A stretch of 64,000 bases of DNA from Candidatus Bathyarchaeota archaeon (GCA_963772455.1 CAVYXJ010000005.1:1-64000), one strand, 5' to 3'; positions 1 through 11,102 are shown, numbered from the stretch's first letter. Notes: generated from the sequence alone by a model not told the origin. Program-made: numbers and translations.

Positions 1-1266
1 GATATATTAAGAGTTGCAAGTCAAGGAAAAATGTACGAGGGAATCTTGATTCCTCGCTCAGGCGAAGGAACGGCAATTATAATAAAAATGAAGAGCGGCT
101 ACAACATCGGAATCCAAGCCACTGCAGAGGTTAAAGTTGAGAAAATTGGGAAAGGCACCAAACCTTCTTTTGCTTCCCCTCCAATCCCCAAACAAAACCC
201 AGCTTTGCCTCATGTAATTATTATGAGTACAGGTGGCACAATCGCCAGTCGAGTAGATTACCGCACGGGAGCTGTGCGTTCAGCGATTTCAGCTATTGAT
301 TTGTACGGCGTAGTCCCTGAACTTGCCGACGTTGCTCGTGTTGATACGGAGATAGTTTTCAGCCTTTACAGTGAAAACATTACTCAAAAACACTGGACAG
401 AAATAGCAGTAAATGTTGCCAAACGCATCGAAGAAGGCGTTGAGGGCATTGTAATCGCTCATGGTACTGACACAATGGCTTACACTTCTGCCGCACTAAG
501 CTTTGCATTGCAAAACTTGCCCGTCCCAGTTATTCTTGTTGGCGCCCAGCGTTCATCTGATCGACCCAGCAGTGACGCAGCAACAAACCTTATAGGCGCA
601 GTTAAAGCGGCGGGAGAAGCACCATTCGCTGAAGTTGGCTTAGCCATGCATGAAACCGTCAGCGATACCGCAATCACGATACACCGAGGCACAAAGGTGC
701 GCAAGTGCCATACCAGCCGCAGAGACACATTCAAATCCATTAATGGCTTCCCAATCGCAAAAGTCAAAGATTTACAAATTATCATGCAAACTAACCAGTA
801 CCAACGGCGAGATCCCAGCAAAAAACTAGTTCTTAAACCTAACTTTAGTGAAAAAGTCGCGCTAGTAAAGTTCTATCCTGGACTTGATCCGTCAATAATC
901 GACTTTTACGTTGAAAAAGGTATGAAAGGAATTCTGCTTGAAGGTTCAGGTTTAGGGCATGTTAGCAAATTCTGTTTTTCTGCCATTAAGAATGCTGTTG
1001 ACAAGGGAGTAGTAGTAGCATTATCTTCTCAATGCATTTGGGGGCGCGTAAATATGAACGTCTATGATACTGGGCGTGATCTCTTATCGTTTGGCGTTGT
1101 GCCCCTTGATGATGTATTCCCAGAAACAGGGTTAGTCAAACTTATGTGGGTACTCGGACAAACCAGCGACGTTGAAGAGGCAAAGAACCTATTAAAAACC
1201 AACATTGCATGCGAATTCTCACCTAGAACGCTTCCTCAAGACAAAATCATAGAAGGAGCACAATAG
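1..1266 (+). CDS. gatD: Glu-tRNA(Gln) amidotransferase subunit D (5' partial)
   Basis: Asparaginase-like motifs STGGTIASRVDYRTGAV, HGTDT, GAQRSSDRPSSDA; frame open to the window edge; adjacent to gatE. Confidence 0.97.
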   Translation, partial: DILRVASQGKMYEGILIPRSGEGTAIIIKMKSGYNIGIQATAEVKVEKIGKGTKPSFASPPIPKQNPALPHVIIMSTGGTIASRVDYRTGAVRSAISAIDLYGVVPELADVARVDTEIVFSLYSENITQKHWTEIAVNVAKRIEEGVEGIVIAHGTDTMAYTSAALSFALQNLPVPVILVGAQRSSDRPSSDAATNLIGAVKAAGEAPFAEVGLAMHETVSDTAITIHRGTKVRKCHTSRRDTFKSINGFPIAKVKDLQIIMQTNQYQRRDPSKKLVLKPNFSEKVALVKFYPGLDPSIIDFYVEKGMKGILLEGSGLGHVSKFCFSAIKNAVDKGVVVALSSQCIWGRVNMNVYDTGRDLLSFGVVPLDDVFPETGLVKLMWVLGQTSDVEEAKNLLKTNIACEFSPRTLPQDKIIEGAQ

Positions 1267-1267
1267 T

Positions 1268-3162
1268 ATGTCAATCGATTACGGTAAAGTGGGCTTAAAA
1301 GTCGGTTTAGAAATCCACCAACAACTAAATGTCAACTCCAAACTCTTTGCAGTTGCCCGCCTGAACTTTTCAAAGAAGAACCCGAAATCACATTTCTTCG
1401 TAGACTTCGACCTACCCAGAGCGAACTGGGACAAATCGATCCAGCAGCTTTCTTCGAATTCCAGAAGGGCGTAAAAATCCTCTATGAAGCAAACAAATCA
1501 AGTTCATGTCTTGTTGAGATGGACGAGGAACCGCCTCATCCTATCAACTTGGATGCGGTTGAAGTTGTTTTGACTGCATCGTTAATGATGAACATGCAAC
1601 CTGTGGATGAAGTACATGTAATGCGCAAAACGGTAATAGACGGCTCAAATACCACTGGATTTCAACGAACCTGCATAATAGGTTTAGATGGCTGGATAAA
1701 AGTTGGAGAAAAAATCATTCCTATGCAGGCATCAAGCTTAGAAGAGGATGCAGCACGCAAAATAGCGACACAAGATGAAGGAAAAACCATTCGTTACCGC
1801 ATTGACCGATTGGGAATCCCACTAATCGAAGTTGCCACCGCCCCAGTAATCTATTCACCAATAGAAGCCCAAGAAGTTGCCTTTGCAATTGGACGGATTC
1901 TGCGTGATACTGGGAGGGTAATGCGTGGATTGGGAACAATACGCCAAGACCTCAACGTCTCCTTACCAAACGGCGCGCTAATCGAGATCAAAGGTGTCCA
2001 AGAACTCGAATTGATTTCCACGGTTGTCGAGTATGAGGTTCAACGTCAACTTGGCCTAATCAAAATCAAAGAAGACCTCGCAATAAGAGGCATCAAAGCT
2101 GAAGATTTAAAACAAGATTTCATCGATATAGCAAACGTCTTCAAAGACACCAAATGCAAAGTTATCCGCAAGGCAATAGACAAAAACCACAAAGCCCTAG
2201 CAGTCAAACTTCCAGGGTTTGCTGGGTTGCTTGGGCGTGAATTGATGCCTAATTTCCGTTTAGGCACTGAACTTTCTGATCGTGCAAAGTTCTGGGGTAG
2301 AGTTGGAGGAATATTCCACACTGACGAAATGCCCAACTATGGAATAACCATTGAAGAAGTGGAAGTTTTGCGTAAAGTAGTCAATGCAAGTGATGGTGAC
2401 GCGGTAGTTTTTGTAGCTGATACAGCAGAAAACGTTTTAGATGCACTAAAAGCAATAGTTGAACGTGCCTTGGAGGCAGTAACTCATATTCCGGCGGAGA
2501 CTCGGACTGCCAAGGATGATGGGACCACAAGGTATATGCGTCCACGTCCAGGCGCAGCAAGAATGTACCCTGAAACCGATATTCCCGCTCAACCCATAAC
2601 TGTTGAATTAGTAAAAAAGGTGCAATCAAACCTTCCCGAACCAGCAAATGAAAAACTTATGCGCCTTATCAAGCAATATGGCTTAAATGAGAAACTGGGT
2701 AAACAATTAGTTGACTCAGAATACAACAACCTATTTGAGATCATCGTAAAAGAGAGTGCTGTTGCTGCGTCTACAGTTTCAGCGTTCTTAACTGAAACAT
2801 TAAAAGCCTTAAAGCGTGAAGGAATTCAACTTGTCAATGTTTCAGACGACCAAATTAGAAACATCTTCAAAGCCGTTGGTTCAGGAGAACTCGCAAAAGA
2901 AGCCCTAGCTGACGTTTTCAGTTGGCTATCGAAAAACGAAGGCAAAACCGTGCAGAACGCAATTGATTCTTTGGGTCTAAAAATGTTCACTGAAGCAGAC
3001 TTAGCACCAGTCATTGATAGAGTAATCTCAGATAACAAGGCAATGGTTGACAAATTGGGCAAGAACGCTTTTGGAATGTTAATGGGCGCTACTATGAAAG
3101 AAGTTCGAGGTAAAGCCAATCCCGAATTAGTTGGCAAACTTCTCAAGGAACGACTAAAATAA
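1268..3162 (+). CDS. gatE: Glu-tRNA(Gln) amidotransferase subunit E, split by a 1-nt indel near 1348
   Basis: GLKVGLEIHQQL start, MRKTVIDGSNTTGFQRT, RPRPGAARMYPETD; adding one T to ctctttgc restores KLFCSCPPELF and joins the two ORFs. Confidence 0.96.
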
Positions 3163-3244
3163 ACCCTTTAGCTCCTTGAAAACATCTTTGAGCGCAAATC
3201 CTAAATTGCCTTACATATTTATAGCATGTAAGAGGCTTAAGCCT

Positions 3245-3715
3245 ATGAAACGTATTGAAGCACGCATTAAAACTTCCTTTGGAGAAGTCGTAATTGAAGG
3301 CGAAAGCCCAGAAGAAATAATGAATTTGCTTGAAACTATACCTGAGAATTTTGTTGAGAAACTATCTGACTTTGTCTCTAACAGATTAACTCCATCCGGA
3401 GCTCAATTAAAAGGCATAGTTGAACCAACAACTGAAGGTCCAGTAATTGTTACACGGGAAAAACTTACGCATTATGAGGCTGTAGGATTGATTCTTTATG
3501 CTTCGGAAGAAAAAAAGAGCACTGCTGCACAAGTTACTAAACTTTTAGATTCAAGCGGTATAAATGCGATGGTTCCTGCTAGGTTAAATGAAATGACAAA
3601 GCGTGGACAAATATTCAAGCCGGACCCAAATAAACCAGAGTTTAAACTTACAATTCAAGGCGAAAAATGGGTTGAAGAAGAAGTTCTCTCACGACTCAGA
3701 GGCAAAATGAGTTAA
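3245..3715 (+). CDS. Hypothetical protein, possible C-terminal winged helix
   Basis: Clean ORF after gatE; C-terminal AAQVTKLL...VPARLNEMTKRGQIFK...FKLTIQG resembles a wHTH. Confidence 0.6.
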   Translation: MKRIEARIKTSFGEVVIEGESPEEIMNLLETIPENFVEKLSDFVSNRLTPSGAQLKGIVEPTTEGPVIVTREKLTHYEAVGLILYASEEKKSTAAQVTKLLDSSGINAMVPARLNEMTKRGQIFKPDPNKPEFKLTIQGEKWVEEEVLSRLRGKMS

Positions 3716-3864
3716 TTGAAGAATACCAAAAATAATGTTTGTCCATTTTAAGAAAGAATTTCTTCCAAAAAACAATCAAGAATCATAGCTTAAACTTATT
3801 TTGAGTCGCTTCCTACCTGGGAAAGCTTATTCAGCTAGCACTACTATTTTTTTATAGAGGAATT

Positions 3865-4119
3865 TTGTTGAATTTTGTTTTAATGAGTATTGTTTATTCT
3901 ATTTTGAGTAGTTTGGGTCTTGGCGGATTTGACATTGGTTTTCTAATAGTGCTTGTCATTATAGGTGTGATTATTATTGTCCTAATCAAATTATTTTTAG
4001 TCCTAATCCCCGCGATTCTCGTTGCAGTCGTTGTGTATTTCCTCACGGGCGGCGACTTATTCTGGACAGGTGTTGCTTTCCTAGTAGTGGCAGCACTGTC
4101 AATATTGTCAAAGCTTTAA
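3865..4119 (+). CDS. Small hydrophobic membrane protein
   Basis: GAGG RBS-like element before TTG; almost entirely hydrophobic; T-rich tract downstream. Confidence 0.65.
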   Translation: MLNFVLMSIVYSILSSLGLGGFDIGFLIVLVIIGVIIIVLIKLFLVLIPAILVAVVVYFLTGGDLFWTGVAFLVVAALSILSKL

Positions 4120-4342
4120 TCTGCAAAAAATACCCTAAAACTCTTTTTTCCTTTTTTGTTTGCTCTCAATTAAGGTATGTTAGGTTCAGAACTCAAGTTT
4201 GAGAGCTCTTATTTTTCTCAATTAAACTCTTTTTTGTTCCGCGGAGTCTTTTTTGTTTAATTTGTGACAAGCCGTTTTCATAAGACTTTTATATTTGGTA
4301 AGGGGTTCTTGCATATCAACAGGAATGGACAGGGACCCAAAA

Positions 4343-4591
4343 ATGACGATGATGGAACCAAGTAAAAAACCATTGAACGTACTCATTAAACAATTGCACG
4401 GCAATATTGAAGTAGTTTTGAAAAATGGATATGAATACAAGGGAAAAATGATAAAGTGCGATGGGCACATGAACATTCTCTTGGAAGGCGCCACAGAATT
4501 CAAAGAAGACCAACTAATGACTAACTATGGTAATGTGTTGCTCCGTGGAAACAACATTCTCTACATAGTTATGGACGCCAACAAGCACTAA
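4343..4591 (+). CDS. Sm/Lsm-like archaeal RNA-binding protein
   Basis: Sm1 (VVLKNGYEYKGKMIKCDGHMNILLEGA) and Sm2 (YGNVLLRGNNILYI) motifs. Confidence 0.93.
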   Translation: MTMMEPSKKPLNVLIKQLHGNIEVVLKNGYEYKGKMIKCDGHMNILLEGATEFKEDQLMTNYGNVLLRGNNILYIVMDANKH

Positions 4592-5487
4592 AACTTCAGG
4601 CTTCTGGCTTTTCCAGTTACATATTCACAGGCTTCTTTTTCAGCCAATTTTATATTAAATTTGCGGCTGAAAAAAATCAACACATTTTTAATATCTCTTT
4701 CAAGCAGTTCCCCTGCGTTAGGATGATCTGTTTTTGTTGCTTGGGGCCAATCTATGATTAACAGGTGGCCGTCAGGCTGTAAAATAATGTTATATTCACT
4801 AAGATCTGCGTGAATAATAAGGGCTTTTAAATATGATTTTCTGACATTACGCAGAATATCTTTTAAAATCTTTTCTGGTTTGCCAATGTCTTTGTATTTG
4901 TAAAGTTGGGCACCTTCAATCATACCCATCGCAACAACATGGCGATTGTGACTTATTGGTTCAGGTACAGATACTCCTTTTGAATAAACCAACTTCATAG
5001 CTTCAAATTCTTTCTCAGCGGCAATATGTGATAGGAAAAGCCAGGAAGAATGTTCTCGACTATATGCTCTTTTGCGTCTTGTTTGCCTAAAACTTATTCT
5101 TCCCAACCGATGGAATTTTACTGCGATACGTTTGCCAGTTGAACTTAATGCATCGTAGACGTCGGCTTCTTTACCAACACCTAAGCTTTGCCCAAATGAT
5201 TCAATTACTTCTGCTTTAACAAGTGCGTTTATTGCTAGGCAATCGTATCCTGCATAATTTAAAGTGTGACCATTATAGGTTTCATTTGTTCGATAGGTTA
5301 AGCCTAACCTGCTTAATTTGCCCAGTGTAAAGTCTATACGATCCATTGGAAGTTTGGCGTGTTTTTGAATTTGCTCTTTGGGAACAAATTCATGTGTACT
5401 CATGCCTGCTTCGATAATATTGAGAATACGAAAATCTTCAATTTCCAGTTCCCTGAATACTCGGACTGCTACTTCAGCGCTTGACAT
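4588..5487 (-). CDS. rio2: RIO-family kinase Rio2
   Basis: N-terminal wHTH, GVGKEADVY, VKFHRLGRISFR, HADLSEYNI, IIDWPQ. Confidence 0.93.
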   Translation of the reverse strand: MSSAEVAVRVFRELEIEDFRILNIIEAGMSTHEFVPKEQIQKHAKLPMDRIDFTLGKLSRLGLTYRTNETYNGHTLNYAGYDCLAINALVKAEVIESFGQSLGVGKEADVYDALSSTGKRIAVKFHRLGRISFRQTRRKRAYSREHSSWLFLSHIAAEKEFEAMKLVYSKGVSVPEPISHNRHVVAMGMIEGAQLYKYKDIGKPEKILKDILRNVRKSYLKALIIHADLSEYNIILQPDGHLLIIDWPQATKTDHPNAGELLERDIKNVLIFFSRKFNIKLAEKEACEYVTGKARSLKF

Positions 5488-5651
5488 ATTACCAGTTAAT
5501 AGGATGTTTTTTAGCTATTAAAACATGGTTTTCTTAAAGCTTAATTGAGTTTTTTGAGTGGCACTTATATGTGAGAAGTGGTTTTTAATGGGTCATATAC
5601 CAAAACCGTTCGACATTCATCCTTAATAATTAAAACAAATGGTTTTGCAAT

Positions 5652-6374
5652 ATCGCCGTAGATCAAGGAAACGTTTCAAAAGTACTTTCAGTCCTTTCAC
5701 ATCCATTGCGAAGGGAAATTTTACTAGACCTTAGCAATAACGGCGAATCATCATTCACTGACTTACTAAATCTGCTTAAAGTTGATACCGGCAAACTAAG
5801 TTTTCACCTACGTTCATTATCACCTTTTATTGAGCAAACTTCAAACGGCAAATACAAGCTCAGTCGAGCTGGAGAAAGCGCAGTTCGGGTTATTCACGAT
5901 GTTGAAGGCTGGGCAGAAGTAGCCGATGTAGAAGGAAAGGCAAGTTCACTTCCTCTCGCATCTTTTAAAAACAGGGCATCAGCATTTCTTATTGATTTTG
6001 GGTTAATTTTTGCAATTACATCTGCAATTACCTTTCTTCCAGATATATTGTCAATTTCTGGTGCAAACTTTGTAAGCGATAGAATAAGCGCTTTGCTTTC
6101 CATAACTGTCGGACTACTCTGGCTTTATTCAACTTTGCTCGAGGGATTTAATGGTCAAAGCATCGGAAAACGAATTGTAGGTTTAAAGGTTGTTAGAACT
6201 GATGGCAAAAAAATGTCATATGACCATGCTGCCGTAAGGAACTTTGGAAAAGTATTACCCTTACTCCCCTTCGACCTAATTTATGGATGGAGAATAAAAA
6301 ATAGCGCTTTCATGAGGTACTTTGACAAATTCGCTGGAACAACAGTAATTGATTTGCGTTCCCATCCCACATAA
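5652..6374 (+). CDS. ArsR-like HTH fused to RDD-family membrane domain
   Basis: VLSHPLRREIL...TGKLSFHLRSL (wHTH) followed by RASAFLID...GQSIGKRIVGLKVV (RDD); start uncertain, frame open from 5634. Confidence 0.82.
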   Translation: MAVDQGNVSKVLSVLSHPLRREILLDLSNNGESSFTDLLNLLKVDTGKLSFHLRSLSPFIEQTSNGKYKLSRAGESAVRVIHDVEGWAEVADVEGKASSLPLASFKNRASAFLIDFGLIFAITSAITFLPDILSISGANFVSDRISALLSITVGLLWLYSTLLEGFNGQSIGKRIVGLKVVRTDGKKMSYDHAAVRNFGKVLPLLPFDLIYGWRIKNSAFMRYFDKFAGTTVIDLRSHPT

Positions 6375-6528
6375 AAAATTTCTATAGTAAAATTCTATTT
6401 ACCAAGCTTTTCGTTTAGTTTTTGGTTTATTTGAATTACTTAAAAACAACGTGACTAAGATTGAAGAGTACCTTGATAAAGTTAATTTTATCAAGATTTT
6501 CATCTAAAATTTAGTTTATGCTTTTTCT

Positions 6529-7200
6529 CTAAACGTTAGGTTTGTTTTGAGAGATGGTTCTTCGATACCTAAGAATTAATGCAACAGAAATCAAAGAGAG
6601 AAACAAAGGCAAAGTTATTAAAATGGGGAACTCTGGAACGGAAGGAGTTGGGGATATTTTGCTTAACGGGATGGTTATTGTTTGGATGTTACTCCAGTCG
6701 CCTGTTTCGCCTGTAAATACATATGGGTACATATCATACTGGCCGCGTGTGAAATTAAGATTCAAAACTCGGTGAATGATTCCAACCATCGCTTGTACTT
6801 GAAAATCTATTTTATCATCTGCAGTCAGGTTCTCTACCTTATATCCTAAATGATATTGGGATTCAACACCAAGATACCCCGAACGGTATGATAAGATTGT
6901 GTATTCACCATTGGACTGGTTTGGCACACTATTACTGTTAGGGTAGAGAAGACTCCAATTAGCATCGTTAATTTTCATGCGAATATTATAAAAAGAAATG
7001 GATGGCTGATTCTTAATTGACAACTCTATTGTTCTGTTTACTAATTGGCTTTCAGAAGGAGAAGAAATCAGCTTTGCAGTAAACTCTGGAACAGATGGCT
7101 CAGGTATTGACTGAGCAAATACAAATTCAATCATTATCAGACTTGAAACTGCTAAGACAATAACAAGAAGTAGCGAGAAACCCTTGCTGACTCTACCCAT
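6529..7200 (-). CDS. Secreted surface protein with PEF-CTERM-like sorting signal
   Basis: Signal peptide; C-terminal VPEFP + TM helix + RYRR. Confidence 0.75.
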   Translation of the reverse strand: MGRVSKGFSLLLVIVLAVSSLIMIEFVFAQSIPEPSVPEFTAKLISSPSESQLVNRTIELSIKNQPSISFYNIRMKINDANWSLLYPNSNSVPNQSNGEYTILSYRSGYLGVESQYHLGYKVENLTADDKIDFQVQAMVGIIHRVLNLNFTRGQYDMYPYVFTGETGDWSNIQTITIPLSKISPTPSVPEFPILITLPLFLSLISVALILRYRRTISQNKPNV

Positions 7201-7300
7201 ACTTAATCTTAGGAATGGGTTGCGGATAAAAGACTTCTCAATACAAGACTCTTGACTGATTTTCCTAAAGGTTTATTGACTAAACTGTTTGGCTTTTCGT

Positions 7301-9646
7301 TTATGATTTTGGCTTAGAGCTACTTGCTCTGGCTTGCTTTGCCTTTCTGCCTTTTGTTATTACTTGAAGGACAACCACAACTATTATCACAACAGCTACG
7401 GCAGCCACCAATCCATAGACCACTTCAGGCAAAATTGATTGACCCTGAGATCCACTATTTGAAGCCGTTGGACTTGATGAAGAAAGCATATTGAATATGA
7501 TTGATATTTGATGTGAGCTAAAGTGAGTTGTGTACCAGGCATAGTAGTTGTTGCTGTCTTGTGTGAAGCCTTGATTTGAAGCCAGCTGGTTGTCTATGTA
7601 TATTTTTGGTGTCGTTCCATACGTTACTGAGGTTTTTGGAACCGTAATGTTACTGAAGCCTGCTGTTCCGCTTTGCCCCGTTACGGTCAACGTGATTGTA
7701 GTTTTTGCTGTCATTTGGTCAGTTGTGACGGTAGCGTTTGACATTTGGATGCTTGTTATGTTTCCTTTAATTAATAATTCAACTTGGGCGCCTTGATCTG
7801 TTATGGCTTTGATGATGCTTTGGGTGGAGCTTGGTGTTGCTGATGGTTTTGGTGTGTCAGTTGCAGTGGGGGTAGGAGTTGGGTTGTTGGTGGTTGTTTG
7901 AGGTGGTGATGTTGGGGTAGCTGTAGGCGTTAGGGTTGGTGTTGGTGTGGGTGAGGGGGTAGGTGTCGGCTCGAAGTATACTGGGGGTTTTTCAGGTGGT
8001 ACATAATCAGAAAATCCAGTTGGCTGCATGAAGGGGTAACGGTCCGAATTGTTGCTGTTAATTACATAGGATGTTTCGCTGACGCCATCTCCATTGGAGT
8101 CGACTCCTTGAAAGACGCTCCAGTAGTTGCCGCCTGCTAGGTAGCTTGCGTCGAATGAGTTATTTACTGAATAGGCTAGGATTATACTTGAGGAAAATAA
8201 CATTTGATGTTCCACAGAGACTTGATTGGTATTGTTAACCATGTTGTTATGGTAAAACTGGTTATTGCTTCCCATGACAAATAAGGCCAGTCCGCATTTC
8301 GTTATGTTATTTTGAGCCGCAACTATGTCATTTGTTGCTTGAAGGTTGAGACCTGTTGAGCAGTTATAGATCTTGTTTGAGTAAACAAAATTTTGGTTGC
8401 CATAAGTAAAAAAGATGCCGGATGAAACGTTGTAGATGTTGTTTTGGTAGATGTTGTTGTATTGGCTTGCCTCTTCAACTTCTCCAAGGTGTATTCCGTG
8501 AGTGCAGCTTTGGATGGTATTGTTGTATATGTCGTTGTATTTTGAAGCGCTTAGATCGATGCATCGTCCGTAAGTCGCTTCATATGAGGCTCTGGGAAAA
8601 ATGACATATCCAACTGAGAGATCGTTACTGTATATCCTGTTGAAGTTGCTGCTAAAGAGCGCAACGGTTTTTGCTGGATTATTGATTATGGAGTTGTTTG
8701 TCGAATCGGTAAGAGCGATTACCCCCTTACATGACGTTACAATGCTGTTGTCGGTTGCTTGTAGTTGTATTGTTCTTCGGTAATCGCTGTTAGGTGCTAC
8801 ATTTCTAACGGTAATGTCATGGCAGTTGTAGACAAACACTTGTTCGCCGCCATCGATGATTTCATTGGATTTGCCAGTTACAAAAACGACGGGTTTATCG
8901 TCGATTGTGTTGCCATTGAGGGTTTTCTCGGCCAAAGTGTAGAGGTCTAAACCGCATTTAACGAATTTGTTGTTGGTTATGGTTGTTCTGTTGCAGGTTG
9001 CTCCGACATAGAGACCTTTAGCGGAATCGGCGGCTTTTATGGTGTTGCCTTTGACAAGAATATCCTCTGAAAACTCTACAAATATGCCCCAACCCTCAAC
9101 ACCTGAGCCCATACTTTGAGGATTTACTACTTCTATATTGTTGTTTAGTATCTGATTGTTGTGGGTTGACCCTCCATGGAGGGTAATTAAATCACAAATG
9201 AATGAACTGAATCCAACCGTGAAATTCTTGAGTGTAAAATTAGCAATCGTAACCCCCTGTACGCCTCTAGCGTATATCCCCATGCCTGTCCCGTTAGATA
9301 TTACAGTATGTCCTGCACCGTTTACCACTATGTTATCTTTCTCAATTACCAGAAAAGGTGTTAGTTCATGCCCAAGATAGTTTGAGAATTCTACGTTGAC
9401 ATCGCTGGTGAGGGTGTATACGTTGCCATTACGTTGAAGCTTGTCTGATCCTTCGATATTGCCATCGGATTTAATCATTATCGTTCCGGGACTTAGTTGA
9501 TCGGTTAAGGCATCACTCACATCGGAGAAAAGAAACGGCGAAAGTAAAACCATGCAAATAAGAAAAACAGATAAGTTCTTTCTAAAAAAACCAGTATTTA
9601 ATTTTAATTCCAGCAAATGGGGTCGAGAATTTCTCAGTTTTCCCAT
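7301..9646 (-). CDS. NosD/CASH parallel beta-helix surface protein with Pro/Thr linker and C-terminal TM anchor
   Basis: IEKDNIVVNGAGHTV, Asn-rich repeats, GGNYWS...DSNGDGVSETSY...DRYP, PTPT linker, TM + basic tail; start uncertain. Confidence 0.85.
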   Translation of the reverse strand: MGKLRNSRPHLLELKLNTGFFRKNLSVFLICMVLLSPFLFSDVSDALTDQLSPGTIMIKSDGNIEGSDKLQRNGNVYTLTSDVNVEFSNYLGHELTPFLVIEKDNIVVNGAGHTVISNGTGMGIYARGVQGVTIANFTLKNFTVGFSSFICDLITLHGGSTHNNQILNNNIEVVNPQSMGSGVEGWGIFVEFSEDILVKGNTIKAADSAKGLYVGATCNRTTITNNKFVKCGLDLYTLAEKTLNGNTIDDKPVVFVTGKSNEIIDGGEQVFVYNCHDITVRNVAPNSDYRRTIQLQATDNSIVTSCKGVIALTDSTNNSIINNPAKTVALFSSNFNRIYSNDLSVGYVIFPRASYEATYGRCIDLSASKYNDIYNNTIQSCTHGIHLGEVEEASQYNNIYQNNIYNVSSGIFFTYGNQNFVYSNKIYNCSTGLNLQATNDIVAAQNNITKCGLALFVMGSNNQFYHNNMVNNTNQVSVEHQMLFSSSIILAYSVNNSFDASYLAGGNYWSVFQGVDSNGDGVSETSYVINSNNSDRYPFMQPTGFSDYVPPEKPPVYFEPTPTPSPTPTPTLTPTATPTSPPQTTTNNPTPTPTATDTPKPSATPSSTQSIIKAITDQGAQVELLIKGNITSIQMSNATVTTDQMTAKTTITLTVTGQSGTAGFSNITVPKTSVTYGTTPKIYIDNQLASNQGFTQDSNNYYAWYTTHFSSHQISIIFNMLSSSSPTASNSGSQGQSILPEVVYGLVAAVAVVIIVVVVLQVITKGRKAKQARASSSKPKS

Positions 9647-9744
9647 AATGTCTAAGGCATAGACTTCTTGATTTAAGCTTTCTTGTAAAGGTTTCTTGAC
9701 TAAGCTATTTGGGCTTTCTAAACAACTAATTGTTCTCGTTGTTG

Positions 9745-10087
9745 CCAGTAGGCGCAGGGCTTTTTCACCAGTTATTATCTCAATTCCTTTAAAGCTCTCC
9801 AATTCGAGAAGATGCCCATCTCCAGTTACGATGAAATCGGCGTGTCCATCATAAGCCCTTTCGATGACAATGTTTTCTTTAGGGTCCTCTTTGACAACTT
9901 TAAGCTTTATTTTAACGTCTACCACTTCGGCTGAATTAAGAAGGGATAGAGTTATTCTGTGGATTTCATCGGGATTGGTTTTGAATTTTGGTCTACCAAG
10001 CACACGAGACAGTTCCTTGAGCATGGGATCTGATGTCACGATTAAAAATTGGTTTTCAATTCCTTTCCTGAAGAGTTCCCTTGGCAT
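9745..10087 (-). pseudogene. N-terminally truncated PIN-domain toxin remnant, in frame with the NosD gene
   Basis: LKELSRVLGRPKF, EDPKENIVIE, ADFIVTGDGHLLEL are PIN-like; the N-terminal DTN catalytic strand is absent. Confidence 0.7.
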
Positions 10088-10152
10088 CCCACAGAAATCT
10101 CCGTCAAAATTCTTATTTGCTGCCTACACATACCTTTGTAACGGGATACATT

Positions 10153-10617
10153 ATGAGTGATAGAGAGCTTAGGGTTTCCAAAATAAAAAATGGAACAGTC
10201 ATCGACCACATTAGAGGTGGATTTGCCTTAGATGTTGTCAAAATTTTAGGAATCACTGGCAAAGAAAAAAAAGTTATGACTATAGCAATCAATGTACCCA
10301 GCAAACGTTTTGGAGTTAAAGATATTGTCAAAATTGAAGGGAAAGCACTCAACTCTCAAGAAGTTAACAGGATTGCTCTAGTTGCCCCTCATGCATCAAT
10401 CAACATCATTCATGATTATGCTGTGGTTGAAAAGTTGGAAGTAAAACTTCCTAAAGCGATTGAAGGCATAATCAAATGTGCAAACCCATGCTGCATAAGC
10501 AACGCTGATGAACCCGTTGTCTCCAAATTCTACATTAAAGATGAGGAGCCTTTAGTGTTTAAGTGTCATTATTGCGGGGTTATTTTAGAGCAAGTTGATG
10601 TTCTAGGGCAACTTTAA
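10153..10617 (+). CDS. pyrI: Aspartate carbamoyltransferase regulatory chain
   Basis: LRVSKIKNGTVIDHI, KDIVKIEG, zinc ligands CANPCC and CHYC. Confidence 0.96.
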   Translation: MSDRELRVSKIKNGTVIDHIRGGFALDVVKILGITGKEKKVMTIAINVPSKRFGVKDIVKIEGKALNSQEVNRIALVAPHASINIIHDYAVVEKLEVKLPKAIEGIIKCANPCCISNADEPVVSKFYIKDEEPLVFKCHYCGVILEQVDVLGQL

Positions 10618-11048
10618 GGCAACCGTTCCTTAGCCAACGCAAATAATTCTTCGAAATCCTTCACAGTCAAAATTTTGCCTTTGTTAATTTCGGGACATTC
10701 TAATGTAAAATCGAAAACGTGCATCCCTTTGCCTGCGTCAAATTTTAATTCAAATGGATAAAACCTGCAGATAAGAGGTCTTAGCTTGTAAATGCTACAT
10801 TGGTTATCTTTCAAAAAAAAGCATTTGCCTTTTTTTAGCTTTTTCATTTCAAAACAGTATGGTACTTTATCTTTGATTTGTTCAGCAAAAATACGAATGG
10901 GTAAGTTAATTTCAGTTGAAATGCCACTAGCTTCAGATTCTAAAAGCAAGATGTGTCTTGTTTTTTGTTTGGTATCTCCGCAACATAAACCACATTTGCT
11001 ACAATCGAAAAGCAAGTTATTTGGATATGTGAAGCCCACTTTTGTCAA
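10614..11048 (-). CDS. YkgJ-family cysteine cluster protein
   Basis: CSKCGLCC, CFFL, CSIYKLRPLICRFYPF. Confidence 0.88.
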   Translation of the reverse strand: MTKVGFTYPNNLLFDCSKCGLCCGDTKQKTRHILLLESEASGISTEINLPIRIFAEQIKDKVPYCFEMKKLKKGKCFFLKDNQCSIYKLRPLICRFYPFELKFDAGKGMHVFDFTLECPEINKGKILTVKDFEELFALAKERLP

Positions 11049-11102
11049 CAGGCATTAATTCGCGGTTTACCATAAAAACTTAGTCATTTCCTTATGGGTT
11101 TC

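Noticed and set aside
1340-1360. Programmed frameshifting in gatE
   Set aside because: One missing T in a short run, no slippery heptamer, and many similar indels across the window
480-3146. Minus-strand ORFs inside gatD/gatE, and similar antisense ORFs elsewhere
   Set aside because: Fully overlap well-supported genes and carry no motifs
7830-7970. Tandem repeat or CRISPR-like array
   Set aside because: Encodes the Pro/Thr linker of the NosD protein; no repeat-spacer periodicity or cas genes seen anywhere in the window
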